NCBI GenBank assembly: GCA_000708835.1
Contig: DF237366.1
Location: forward strand, 1-64,000
DNA from: Klebsormidium nitens
Taxonomy: Eukaryota > Plantae > Klebsormidiophyceae
Length of the DNA: 64,000 bases
Reading direction: 5' to 3'
The notes beneath the pieces are model-generated. The model did not search any database. It had not been told where the DNA came from and saw only the letters and a list, made by a program, of their open reading frames with translations. Both the position numbers and the translations under genes were made by a program. The stretch's first letter is position 1, and each line of letters begins with the position of its first letter. Shown here one piece after another: positions 1 to 11,788 of the stretch.

Positions 1-74
1 ACCGGTACTACTGATGTGTAGCTGTGACTCTTAACCGATACCTGTAACTGTCACTGTTAAATTTTAAGAATATA

Positions 75-128
75 TAACTGTAACTGTATCTGTAACTGTA
101 ACTGTAACTGTAACTGTAACTGTAACTG
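75..128. repeat. Hexanucleotide microsatellite (TAACTG)n
   Basis: Nine tandem units at 75-128, one of them the variant TATCTG. Degenerate CTGTRA/CTGTAS units are scattered over about 20-230. Confidence 0.95.
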
Positions 129-563
129 TACGATGTGACCCAGCTCCTCTCGACTGTAGCGCAGTGGAAACTGTGACTGTACATTGAGTGAATCAGGTTT
201 ACGTAACTGTAGCCGGTCACTGTACCTGTGCAATACATTTGACGTAAATTTGGCGTCAATTTGAAATGTTAACCGTGTGATACGTGGCTAGGTCCTATCA
301 GTGCTAGGCCATAGGTATTAAACTTGTTAGCTGAGACCTAAGTACCCGGTAGAACTGCCTCCAGTTTGCCTCCAGTAGGCTGGCAAGTCCCGGGAACCAG
401 GGCAACTTCGGCTGAAAATATTAGCCTGAAAGGTGTCGGGACTCGGAGGGTCCGGCAGGACCATGTTATCGACGGCCTGGATTATCCGGAGATTGCGGGC
501 CTGGATCCAGGCCGGCCTGGATTGATACTATCCCCAGCTACGGTGTCTTGAACTCTTTACAAG

Positions 564-781
564 CAGGGTTTCCCACAGCCGGCAAGAGAACCTGGACCTG
601 GCCGGCCGAGATGGGACCCCGGCCGGTGCCGAAGGCACCCCGCCGGCTGCTAGCCGGCAGAAAATGCAGGCACTTGCTAGGCCCAGCCGGCCGGTACAGC
701 CAAAGACCGCCTATCGAGCCGGCTGAACCGGGGGGCCGCCGGCAGCTGGCCGGCCGGGACAAAAGTCCGTGGGAAACCCTG
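564..781. mobile_element. Non-autonomous hAT-type DNA transposon (MITE), 218 bp
   Basis: Perfect 13-bp terminal inverted repeats CAGGGTTTCCCAC (564-576) and GTGGGAAACCCTG (769-781), flanked by an exact 8-bp direct repeat TTTACAAG (556-563 and 782-789). An 8-bp TSD and CAGGG termini are typical of hAT elements. No coding capacity. Confidence 0.9.
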
Positions 782-1586
782 TTTACAAGTGGTACGGCCA
801 GGGGCCGGGGCCGATGGGCATAAATCTGTTTGTCAGAGGTGCCCACTGGTACCACGTGGTTGAACACATGGCACCTTGTGATTTCCTGGAAGTTTGACAG
901 GTCACAGGAGTCGCGGCGAATGGCTCGCCAAAAGTGGGGTGGAAAGAGTTGTCTCTATGCAAATTGATCGTCACTTTGATCAGGAAAGACGGCATCATCC
1001 ATCTGTCGATCGCACCCGTCCGGCCCTAAAGGTCGATGCAAAGAGCCGGCGGCTGCCGGTTTCTATGCCGTTGCGCGGCCGTTACTCCCTGAGTTTTCGA
1101 TTCTCCCATCCCCGAATGCTCACTTGTCCTCTTCTTTTGCCAGGTGTCGAGCCAAACCAGCTGCATAGCTAGGGCTCAGGGAAGTCGTTCTTCCAGGCGC
1201 TAGGTACTTAGCGAGGCGCTAGCTGTAGGCTACCATGTACATTCTCTCGTGACAAACTTCTTGCCCTTTCAACTGTTGTGCAAGCTTTATTTCACGACGC
1301 GCGCTTGCAGCTGCAGCATTTCGAAAAGAGGCGTCTGGTTCAGGAGGCAACACGGACTTTCAAGCACAGAAAGCTTGGTAGACGGTGGCAGATTCATATA
1401 ATGTGCTGCTTTTTGCTAAGACAAGGCGAAATCTGCTTCTTCTAGAGTGCGGCGAAACTTTTGGCCGATCGAAGCCATTGGCAAAAAGGGTAACCTGATC
1501 GCAACATTATTTCTGGTCAGGGAATTGCCGCAAAATCAGCAGCTGAGCGAAGATCTGTGGAGTAGCAGTCTGAGCTAACCAGGAAC

Positions 1587-4500
1587 ATGGGAGCACTGGA
1601 CGGTTTGTCTCTTACCCACGAGCATGGCAAGAGCCGTGTGCGAGTGTGCCGGGTGTGGCGGGAGGGGAATATGCACTACATGGCTGAGTGGAGTGTTAAC
1701 GTGTCCCTGGTCTCGGACGTCGAGGATGCCTTCACCAAGGGCGATAATCGTGGCATCGTAGCGACTGACACCTGCAAGAACACGGTGCGGACAAGAATCT
1801 TTTCAAGCATAAAGTTGCCAGAGATTTGAGTGGTTGCGAAGTTGGTGTTTGACGCTGTGCTCATTCTGGTTTGCCACTTGACGTGTAATTGGGTCTGCAC
1901 CAATCAGCACATGGAATGTTCCGTGACTGGCTAAGGTCCTTTTCAGAAAACGCCAGGCGATCATCTGATCTGATCGTGGTGATCAAGTACCCTTTTGTGT
2001 AACCTGCTTTGATCTGGTTTGGTAGACATTCCACAGCCCACTTTCCCCAGTATTCCATCTCTATTATCTGAATCATGGTTTTGAACTGCACCGCTGGTTT
2101 CTGGCACCATAATCCATGGAATTGCATCACCTGCTGACATGCCTGCTTAGCAAGCTCCAAGCAAAGGGCTGGCCAGTACTTGAAATACAAGATTGCTGAA
2201 TGCAGTTAACAGATGCAGGGGTGTGCTTCTTAAAAGCCAGTTCATAATGGGGGATTTTTTACCACCCATGATTCACTGTTTCTGTTGGCAGACGTCAACT
2301 GATTGCATGAACATCAATCCTGAAACCCCTATCCGAAAGTTTCATATGTTTGAAAGTCCTCACATTTATCAGTCAAAACACAATTGCACAGAGAAGGTGC
2401 ATGTCACAAAAGATCCTTTTGATAGAAGCTGGGCCCCCCCTTGCAGGTCTACGTGGTGGCAAAACAGTGCAAGGAGCGCTGCTCAGCGGAGGAGTACGCA
2501 ATTAAGCTTGCCCAGCACTTCTTGAAGAATTACAGCCATGTGAGGCACTTCAGACGCGACTAAGGGCTGCTGCGTATTTTGGATTGCGATGCCCAAGTGA
2601 TGTCTTGGCCGCGATCTGTCAATTCATCCGGACAGGTCCCCTGGAGTCGAAACTCTGACCGGCTTCTTTGATCCTGGGAGGTGGGGAGGATGTCGTTGTT
2701 CTGTTCCAGCTTGGCATTCAATGTATCAAAGGAATTTTGAAGCTTTTCAAAGATGTAAGACCCTTACGAGCTACTTTTGGGTGCAGGTGTCAGAGGTGAC
2801 TGTAGCCATCACAGAGAAGCCCTGGGTCAGAGCAACTGTCGAGGGCCAGCCACACAAACATGGTAAGTAGTGGTGGTCGCATCGTATAGGGCAGCCTTAT
2901 GAATCCAAGTTGGGCAAGTTGGTGTTGCAAAGTGACACCTGGCACTGGTGTCCAAAATTGTACAGGGCGTCCCCACTGTTCTGCAACTTATCCTTAAATT
3001 CATTGATGTTCATTCGCTTGTCTCGGATTCTCTGGGGTGGCTTCATACATTCTCGATTTGATTGACTGGCCCCATCTGACTGCCACATCTCTTCTGCAGG
3101 TTACCAGCTGGCAGTGGCGAAGCACACTGTGGAGGTCAGCTTGCCGCGGAGTGGCCCCCTGAAGCTGGTCTCAGGCGTTGCCGACCTCACTGTAGCCAAG
3201 ACTACGCAGGTGGGCGCCCATGCTGTTGCTAGTTGCCACTACTCGCCCACTTCATTTCAGATGTCTGCTTCTCCTCTTCCTTCACAGCCAGGTGCGCAGT
3301 TTTGATTGGACAGCGGCTCGCTTTTGCCTCTACTTTGTGACTATCTCACACCGGCCTACTTGAAAGTGTTGCTACGTTCTGGGGGCTTCTGCCACCCGTG
3401 GGCAGTTTTTTTGGGTTAAATATATGTCCTCCGTCTTTCTGTCTGTTCGTCCTCGTTCACGACCCAGTCATTGCCTTGGCCACTTGCCTGGTTTTACTGT
3501 CTTGATCAAGTGCACCTTGGATCTGACAGCTCTGCTCATTTCGTACCTCGCGCTTCGATCTCTGATTGATCTTCCCATGTTTTCCCAATTTCTATCCCAG
3601 CACGCTAGCCTCGGTCACAGACTCTATGTTGTGTGCCGCCCTGACCTTCTTTTCTGCTTGAAATTCGGGAAGAGAAATTCCCGAACTCTTCTTTTTCCCT
3701 GTAACCCTCTTCGAACTCTCCTGACCCCCTTGTTTCTTCTGCAGTCTGGCTTCTCCGACTTTTACCAGGATCAGTACACCACCCTGGGCTCGGTGTCGGA
3801 GCGCATGCTGGCCACGTCCATTCGCTCCACGTGGACCTACTCGCGCCTCCCCTCGGATATGACTGCGACGTTCGAGGGCATCAAGACTACGCTGGCCGAG
3901 ACGCTGTACGGGCCGCCAGACAAGGGCGTGTTTAGCCCCTCCGTCCAGGCCACGCTCTTCCACATGGCCAAGGCCGTCCTCGCCAAGTGAGCAGCCGGCA
4001 GGCACAGCCTTCATGCTTCAACTCGGAAACTTGAATGGTCCGGGAGTCGGGAAGTTTTCAAGGAGACCAAACTCATGGACTGTGTGCTTTCCGGATAGTC
4101 GGGTGACTTGCATTGTTGAGGGTTTGCCCGTGCAGTTGGTGAAGGCGACCAGACCCCGGTCGATCAGCCAAGACACGCTTGACCGGCACACGCATGCCAA
4201 GGAGGACGAGGTTGATCTGGCGTGGCCGTTGATCGCCCTAGATCAGCAACCAGACGGAACTTGAAAGCTGTCAGGAGCTCCGGTAGGTACCGGGAGTGGT
4301 GCGGTGGTGCTGACGTGCTCGTGATGCAGGTACCCGGAGGTGGCGTTGGTGCACCTGAACATGCCCAACATCCACTTCCTGCCGGTCAAGCTGCCGTTTG
4401 TCAAGGTGCGGCGCGTCTTCAACGGACAAGGGCACTCAGGACACGTTGTAGTATCCTGGTTGTCTGCATTCGAGACACATCAGGCATGCTCATGTTGAAC

Positions 4501-4725
4501 AAGCTGCATCGGGGTCGGAGACGTATCTCTTTTGTTATGCCTCTCGTTCGGTTGCGAGATTGTGGTGAGACAGTCATCTTGGCTCGCTCTTTTGTAATCG
4601 ACCATTCCTTATCTTCGGGCCAATGATTGCAGTTTGAAGATGACGTTTTTGTGGCCACCGACGAGCCGCATGGGACAATCCAAGCAACGCTGCGACGGGA
4701 GGAGGTGCCTCGATCGAGATACTGA
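1587..4725 (+). CDS. UOX: Uricase (urate oxidase), 7 exons, about 295 aa
   Basis: Exons 1587-1784, 2447-2539, 2787-2862, 3100-3209, 3745-3986, 4330-4405 and 4633-4725 are joined by GT-AG introns into one frame. Uricase motifs: HGKSRVRV, DNRGIVATDTCKNTVYVVAK, KTTQSGF, YTTL..ERMLAT, FSPSVQATLF, NMPNIHF, DEPHGTIQA. Confidence 0.96.
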
Positions 4726-6589
4726 AAAGCTTGCGAGTGCTGGGGAAGCACTCTCGAATTTGTGTAGAGGGGCTGTTCAACGATCTCAGGCGCTAGAAAA
4801 ATTCCAGACACGTTGCTGCTTTACGTTCGAAGTATCTAATCAGGCGATAAGGTCTGTCGACCTGGCTTTGTAGGGCTTTTGTCTAGTATATTATCAAGTA
4901 GTGTGCAGTATTCATTGTAGATAATATGATAGGCAGCTATTTTACAGACGTTATAAGGTGTTGAGGAACACATACCTAGTTCGATCACTAACATTGTAAG
5001 TCGACAATTCAGCCAAATCCGATCTTCAGCAGGTGGCTGTTAGGTTGCAGTTGGAATTCAAGATCGAACCTTTTCCGGCCTGGCAAGCGCAGGATCGCCT
5101 GCCAGATTCAGGTGCAAGATTGTGTTGGATCATTTGCTCTGGCCTTTCGATGTTGGTACCGGGCTCGATCACCATGGCTGTATATAACTGCATAGAATCA
5201 GCTTTTAAGCTGCAATTGAGGAACTGCAATGCCGCTTCTGCCTGCAGCCCGCATATGCGCCGGCCGTTCGGGAGTTATAGTTGATTTCTTCGTCTCGACG
5301 ATTATATGCATATGCAAGCTGAATGACTTGAATAGCTGCGGCCGTACGTATCTGCAATTGCATGCTGATATTTATAGCTTAAAACTAGCCATGCAGCTCT
5401 CAGTGCGGCAGAGTGCAATGAATACAGTGCATGACGATGCCAGGTCTCTTTTCAAAGACGCCCTGTAGGCTTCTCATGGCACATGTGCCATGTGCACACA
5501 ACTTTCGAAGTTCAGTGAACCTATGTGCCAGCTGAGATTTATACACTAGCAGATCAACCTACCAAGCAAAAACTTCTTTACGAAACTCTATGTGCCAACG
5601 GCAGCTTTTCGTGGCTCAAACCCCCTGCTATGAAGATCTCGAAAGGCGCCGCCGCGCAGAGCTTCGTTTCGATTACTGTTTGCGCGGCTCACAGTGTACT
5701 ATGCTGAGCCGGCCATTGCCGGCACTCAAAATGTGCGCACCATGAACAAGGTTTCCATCGCCGCAGTTCCAAAGATTCGATCCTGTTGTCATGCGCCGTT
5801 GCATTTAATAAACGTACCGCTCGCCGCAAAGGTTCGTGCGATGCAGCTAGCCTGCTGTTGTGGCGCTGTCCACAAATCTGCATTGTTGACACGGAGCGAG
5901 TGCTGTTAAGCCAGTTATCCTGCCTTCCGAAACATGCAACATGCGCACGAACTAGACTTTCTTAACCCGTTCGGCCATACTCCGCTTGTCACCAGTGCTG
6001 GAAGGGTGACCTTAACCTAGCAAATCCACTTTCCTACAGCTTCAATTGTGGCACGAAACCCTTTTTGCATAAAGCCACGACTTGGAACAGCGCTGCAAAT
6101 GTCCAGTTGGCAGAGGGGCTGAACATATCGCACGTCAATCTGCAATGATATAAAAAGGGTCAATCAGATTGCAGCTCGCTCAGGACTGGGGATAAAGAAG
6201 AGCAAATGGAGTATTTGAAACTTTTCCAGCACCTGAGCTTGACGATCAGGCACATTCCTTCCAGAGAAATGACAGATTGACCACAAGGAGACGTCTGACC
6301 GCGAAAACCAGAGTTGGAATCGAGTCTCCAGAGCTGGGGCAGACTTAGCACCCATAGCATGCATGGTTGGCACAATTGCATACAAAACCCGCTCAGGAAT
6401 ACTCCCGCATGATACAAGCGTCCCAGTAGAGGCAAAGGGATCGCCATAATTGCACCTCACTTTCAATGATGCGACCTGCTTTAGACGAGTTGCCAGTAAG
6501 TTCAGCAAAACTCAGGTCCGCGAACGCCCAGCGGAAACGAGGTCGGCGAAAGCCAGCCCTTTCTCGGCATGCGTGGGCGTCTCCTAACA

Positions 6590-8321
6590 GGATCAAAGGG
6601 ACGGGGCAATCTGGAGTCGCTGAGAGTCCTGGGAGGAGTCCTTCTTGCTCAGTAGTGGGCCACCTGCACAGGGGCGATTACTGGTCACCTCACAACGAGA
6701 ATCAGAAGAAGGGGGGCTTGAAGAGGGGGAGGAATTCTGTCCAAGGCCGGACAGCATTCGCAACCAGCAGAATACAGAAAAAAGCTTCCCGGCAACCGTC
6801 CTTGATTACATCAGATCAACGTAACGGTCTTTCCCAGAAGCGACCAAGGAAAGTTAAGACCCTCTTGACAAAATTCAGGACCGGTGCCACTGAAACGACA
6901 CGAAGTCCAGGCCGACCTCTTTGTCTAAGAAACGGTTGGCACAGGCTAGCACCATGGATTTGCTCACCAGTGTCCTCTGGTGCAGAGCCATTCCTGGAGG
7001 CTACTCGTGGAGGTTGAGGCGGTGCAGGCCTCTAGCTACCTCTGCTGGGAGCCAGGTTGGCTGACCGGGGCGCAGGAGCAGAAGAGACATGCGGCTGCAC
7101 AGAATGCTGAACTGTGCGGTGGGGGGTAAGGAACAAACAGCTAGCTGCCCGCTGCAGCCGCAGGGAATGTGTTTCCCAACAATCAGCTTGCGAGAGTCGC
7201 AGCACACACTGGATTTTGGGCTCATGGAAAAATGCTGATTCAGAATCGAAGGCCAAATCAACGAATGTTAGACGGCAGATAATTCAATTGGTTGGGGAGG
7301 ATATGATTGGCCGCCACTGCCATGCTCACATGTGGCGGTTTTGGAGGATTGCCAGGGCTGGGACGGGGCGGGGGCAGTAGTTTCGCCGACTGCGTCTCCC
7401 ACTGCAGGGGCAGAAAGCTTCCGGATCAGTCCTATGCTGAATCCAAGAGAAAAAATTCAGGGGCTATGTACATTGAATACTCTTTCTGTCTCTAAGGCAA
7501 GGCCAAGTCAGGATGGAAACTGGCTCGAAATACTCATGGCAGGAATGAATGCAGAGCAGGTGGGTCCTTGGACCATATAAAGAGAAAGGACTTGTAGTCT
7601 CACCTTTAAAAAGTCTTTCTCCAAGATGGTGAAGTCGTCGAGACGGCTGCGGTCAAGCAGATTGGCCAACAAGAAGAGCCGCACTTGCTCCACATGGCTC
7701 TGGTTGGCTAGGTGCTTGATGGGGTTTTCACTGCCACCATGGGAGGGAGAGAAGTGCTCAGAACCCAAGAAAAGAGTGAGATTGATTTTGAGGTGGCACT
7801 GAAATGCTTCTTACAGCGCCATGATCAGCTAGGTATGTAATCAAGAGTCACCCAATAGTTACGGAGGGAGTTTCAAAGTACGGAAATTGACCCTTTGTCC
7901 TACCCCTTACTCTAGCGAATGTGATGAACTTGAAATAGGTCTTTGAACTGAGCACTGCAAACCAAGGTGGGACTTCCATTCGATAGAATCAGATATGTTT
8001 GTACAACGCAGTACATTATAACGTGAAGGATAAAGTAAAGCAGGTGTCTATTGCTTTCTGTCATACCACCACTCACCATGCAAATGTAGACGACCCTGCG
8101 ATGACATCTTCATCACAGAAAATGCACCACAGCTGGTTCCGGGCCTGGTCAGCATCTCTAACCAGGGCAGGGCTGCGGACGTACTGCCGCACTTCTTTCA
8201 ATTTCTTGCGGGCTTTGGCCAGCAAGGCCTCCATGTTGGTAATGTGCTTCTTAGTATAGAGGTGCTGACGGTGCTGGTCGTGGCTTCGACGACAGGCCTT
8301 GCAGTACTGGAATTGCTTCAT
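6590..8321 (-). CDS. TTL: TITAN-like / CCDC84 (CENATAC) family zinc-finger protein; 3' exons and stop uncertain
   Basis: Exon 8321-8077 (MKQFQYCKACRRSHDQHRQHLYTKKH...NQLWCIFCDEDV...SSTFAC), exon 7730-7604 (ENPIKHLANQSHVEQVRLFL...DFLK) and an exon from 7401 (WETQSAK...) follow the TTL/CCDC84 N-terminal CxxC...H...H, WCxFC and IxHxAxxxH pattern. The downstream exons could not be resolved, so the lower coordinate is approximate. Confidence 0.75.
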
Positions 8322-8714
8322 CAACAAGGTTATACAACTTCAGCGATTGCCCGGGCCTCGGGCCAATGCCGTGTGCCACCGCAACATACACCAAATTGAG
8401 GCGCTGAGAAGATACAGATGCCACCAGCAAGTCAGCAGGGAATTGACACCGCCCCTGGCAGTGAATTATGTTTTTGTGAAACCCAATTGGAGAAGAATCG
8501 AAGATGCTAGCTGCAGCTGCAGCGCCCATGCCCTGGCTGGTCGCGGGCGCAACGCATTCGATTGGCGCAAGGAACTGTTCAAACTTGAAGTTGAACTTGA
8601 AGTCAGCAAGATTTTCCAAAACGAAGGAAGTTGCATGCCGGTGCTGGAGTGCACACTGTGTACAAGCGATCAACAGTAGTCTGCGCGGGGTCAAGGAGAA
8701 TCAGTTATTGCCAA

Positions 8715-8881
8715 ACCGGGGCCGGGGACAGCCGAAGACGCTGTCGGAACTGGTGACGTGGCAAGGTCCAGGGGCAAAACCCTGGGCTACGCTCCATTCG
8801 ACCAATCAAAAATGAGAAGGCCCCGGTCAATTTCCTAAACCTCGCCACGTCACCCATTCCAACAGGGTCCCCGGCCCCGGT
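8715..8881. mobile_element. Inverted-repeat element (MITE-like relic) in the TTL/GILT divergent promoter
   Basis: Perfect 15-bp inverted repeat ACCGGGGCCGGGGAC (8715-8729) and GTCCCCGGCCCCGGT (8867-8881). The arms continue inward to about 45 bp, including GGTGACGTGGC (8752-8762) and GCCACGTCACC (8844-8854). No TSD found. Confidence 0.5.
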
Positions 8882-9176
8882 CCTGAATTTAATACAGTTA
8901 AAAGTTTAAACTCACTAATTCTCCTTGACCCCGCGCAGACTGCGCAGTGGTCTGGAGTGCAACATGTTCAATTTGACGAAGGGGTTCGTGTGGGTCCGTG
9001 TGCTGTGCTGCTGCCCTGTGCATAATCTTATGGTGGCGATGTTTCTTGGCTGTCGAGGCGATTGAGTTGTCCAGGTTTACCAGCAAGGCAAATACTTGGG
9101 GACTGCACCTCCAGAGTCGAGCTTGCACGAAAGGCTGGTTGAAGGGCTGCGCCTGTTTAGATTCTCACGCTGGGCA

Positions 9177-11415
9177 ATGGCAACCATGTTGCACATCTTC
9201 CCGTACCTTATCATCATTTCACTCTTTCTGCAATGTGCAGGTACGAGACGTTTTGTACACTTCGTTTTTCAATCGCCTCTTATCTGCATAATCTCGTTAT
9301 CTGGGGCTTGGTAGCGCGGTAGGAGCCTTCACATTCAGCTCGTCAGATTCGTATATTCACAGCTTGAATTGGCTGCGTTTTCTGAGTGTAAATGCTGCAT
9401 CCATTAAGTTCGTACAACCTCTTGGCTTTGGCTCTGAGGATACAAGCGCTTGCAGCTCTGTATCACAGACAAGTATGAGGTTTTTGAGCGCTGTAAATTG
9501 GCACCCAAACAACACTCAAAATCTTGCAGGTGCCCAAGCCCGTCTTTCAGCCAAGCTGTTTGAGCCTAGTGTTCTTCTGTCTAAGAGCAGCACCCCGTCT
9601 TTGGTGAATGTGACCCTGTATGAAGGTAGAGTGGTCTGTTCTTACTTCTTGCCGTCCCTATTGCTTTCCCTGTCCTGCACTCTGGCATATCTGTTGCTCT
9701 TCCCCCATCCTGGTCCCAGCAAGCCATGAAAGGCTGTGAGACATTCTCCATGCCCATCTGCTATGTGCCACCGTCTCCTGGTGATTGCGCCAGGCTAATT
9801 GTAATGTTTGGTCGTTGCTGATTGGTTTACATCCGATTCCAACCAAGACTTTTGGCCACTGCTGAATTGAGAATCTTTGCTGCAGAGGCTCTGTGCCCGG
9901 ATTGCGCGGAATTCATCACCGGGCCATTGACACAAATGTTTCAGAATGGCCTTTCCGCCATCACCACCCTGACCATCATCCCATACGGCAATGCGAAATT
10001 GATCGGGGGCAGCATTCGTTGCCAGGTGGGTAGAAGTGTCATCTTGTTGGTGGCGAATGTTCTTAGTGTTTGCAACTGGGGATGAAAGTAGCGGACCATG
10101 ATGTTGACGGGCTTTCTGCAGTGGAGAGACTATTCAAATTCATGCTGCAAATTTGTGACAGAAGTGTTTGATGTCACTTTGTGCGGGGCGGCCATTGGGA
10201 TGCCACCTCTTTGTCGAAAGCTGGTGAGGGCAGTCGTTGCGATCATAGCCAATGGGATGCCAAGCCAACTCTCTACCACCTGGGAGCTTCCGTCGAAGGT
10301 GTTTGAATCGTTTGTGCCATGTTGCAGCATGGACCGGACGAGTGTACTCTGGACCGCATTGAAGCCTGCGTCATCGACTTCTACCCAGACACTGTGAGCA
10401 CTTAAGGTGGTCTGCGGAACACTGCAAAAGAGACCATACTATGAAATCGAAAGTCGATCTGACTATTGGAACTTTCTGCCTGCTTTGTGCAATCATATTG
10501 CGCTTCTGTTTCAATGTGCGAACTGCGAAAGCGTCACCAGAGATCCACTTACCGCCAGTCGAATCAGGTGCTTGTTTGTCATAGTCGCACAGCCTTGCAC
10601 TGCTGTTCTGAATCTTTGCAGAGTATGAAAGCGGCCCTCCGTCAGGTTGGCGTGCACATTGGGCCCCCTCCGTTTCTTTGCAGCACTCCTGGTTCTCTTT
10701 CATCTCCTGCGTCGAGCAGCAGCCCGCCGCATCTCGCCTGGAACTCTGGCCGCAGTGCGGAGTGGCGCTAGGGCTGGACGTGATTGGGATCCAGAACTGC
10801 GCAGATGGCGAGAAGGGGGCAGAGGTGAGCCTCAAAGACACTCCCCACCCCATCCGTCGATGGGCAAGCTTCATAACAATATCGACATTGTATGCGCTGA
10901 TTATTGAATTTATGCTGCACAAAATCAGAAGGATGTCCCTTGTATCAGATAGGTTTGTTGTGTGCAGTCAGGCAAGGAACATGTTTATTCTTGTGCGTTT
11001 GGTTTGAATCAACTGGTCCTGCTCTCTTTACAGCTTGAGGCCAGGAATCGGAAGCTCACTGAGAGCTTGGACCCTCCCCATCGGTTCGTACCCTGGGTCA
11101 CAGTTGACGGGGCGCCCTTGTATGAGGTAAGCAACCTGACGGAGCTCTTTAAAGTCGCCTTAAGAGAGGTCGGCGAGAGGTGATTTTTTTCCAAATACTC
11201 CAGCTGAAAGCACACAGTGCTTGGGCCTTTATTCCTGGTGATGATTAACCGAGCCCCTTTTCGATCCTATGATGCAGGATCTGGACAGCTTCTTCGAGAG
11301 GATCTGCGAAGCATACAAGGGGACCGAAAAACCAGAAACGTGTGCACGCCTTGATGGTGCAGCTGGCACATATCCGTCCTCTCGAAACCTTCAGCTTTGG
11401 GGACACGTAGAATGA
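9177..11415 (+). CDS. GILT: GILT-family (gamma-interferon-inducible lysosomal thiol reductase-like) protein, 7 exons, about 245 aa
   Basis: Exons 9177-9240, 9530-9625, 9886-10025, 10328-10393, 10684-10824, 11034-11126 and 11278-11415. Hydrophobic N-terminus, active site EALCPDC, IIPYGNA, CQHGPDEC..DRIEAC, RFVPWVTVDG and ICEAYKG. Confidence 0.93.
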
Positions 11416-11726
11416 TGCAGCAATCTCTACCTGCAAACTTCTTTGTAGATTTACTGTAATAATCGAGCACCATATCAACAGCCACGAAGGCGTATACGGG
11501 TTAGTGTTCCCCTGCAGTGCAAATGAATTTGTAAAACGACGCCCAACAAGTCAACTTCGAATGTGCCACCGTCCACGGCCTCGACCCACTGGCTTCTTAA
11601 TGAAAGCTTACAGTTTCGGTTTGCGTGTGCATATCTGACCGTATCGTGCTGGGAGGATGATCTTGATTGGTGCATGCCTTTGCTCGAGTCTCACGAGTCC
11701 TTTTCGACCGTCCGAGGGCTATATAC

Positions 11727-11788
11727 GTTTAATTAAACATCAGTGTAAACACTGATGTTCAAAACGTTGTTATAACAACGTTTTGAAC
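11727..11788. repeat. Three overlapping palindromes (12, 24 and 32 bp)
   Basis: GTTTAATTAAAC (11727-11738), AACATCAGTGT-AA-ACACTGATGTT (11736-11759) and the perfect GTTCAAAACGTTGTTATAACAACGTTTTGAAC (11757-11788). Confidence 0.95.

Noticed and set aside
6466-8694. ORFs 6466-7017(+), 8299-8679(+) and 8251-8694(-)
   Set aside because: They overlap the TTL gene or its leader, have random-like composition and show no homology signal.
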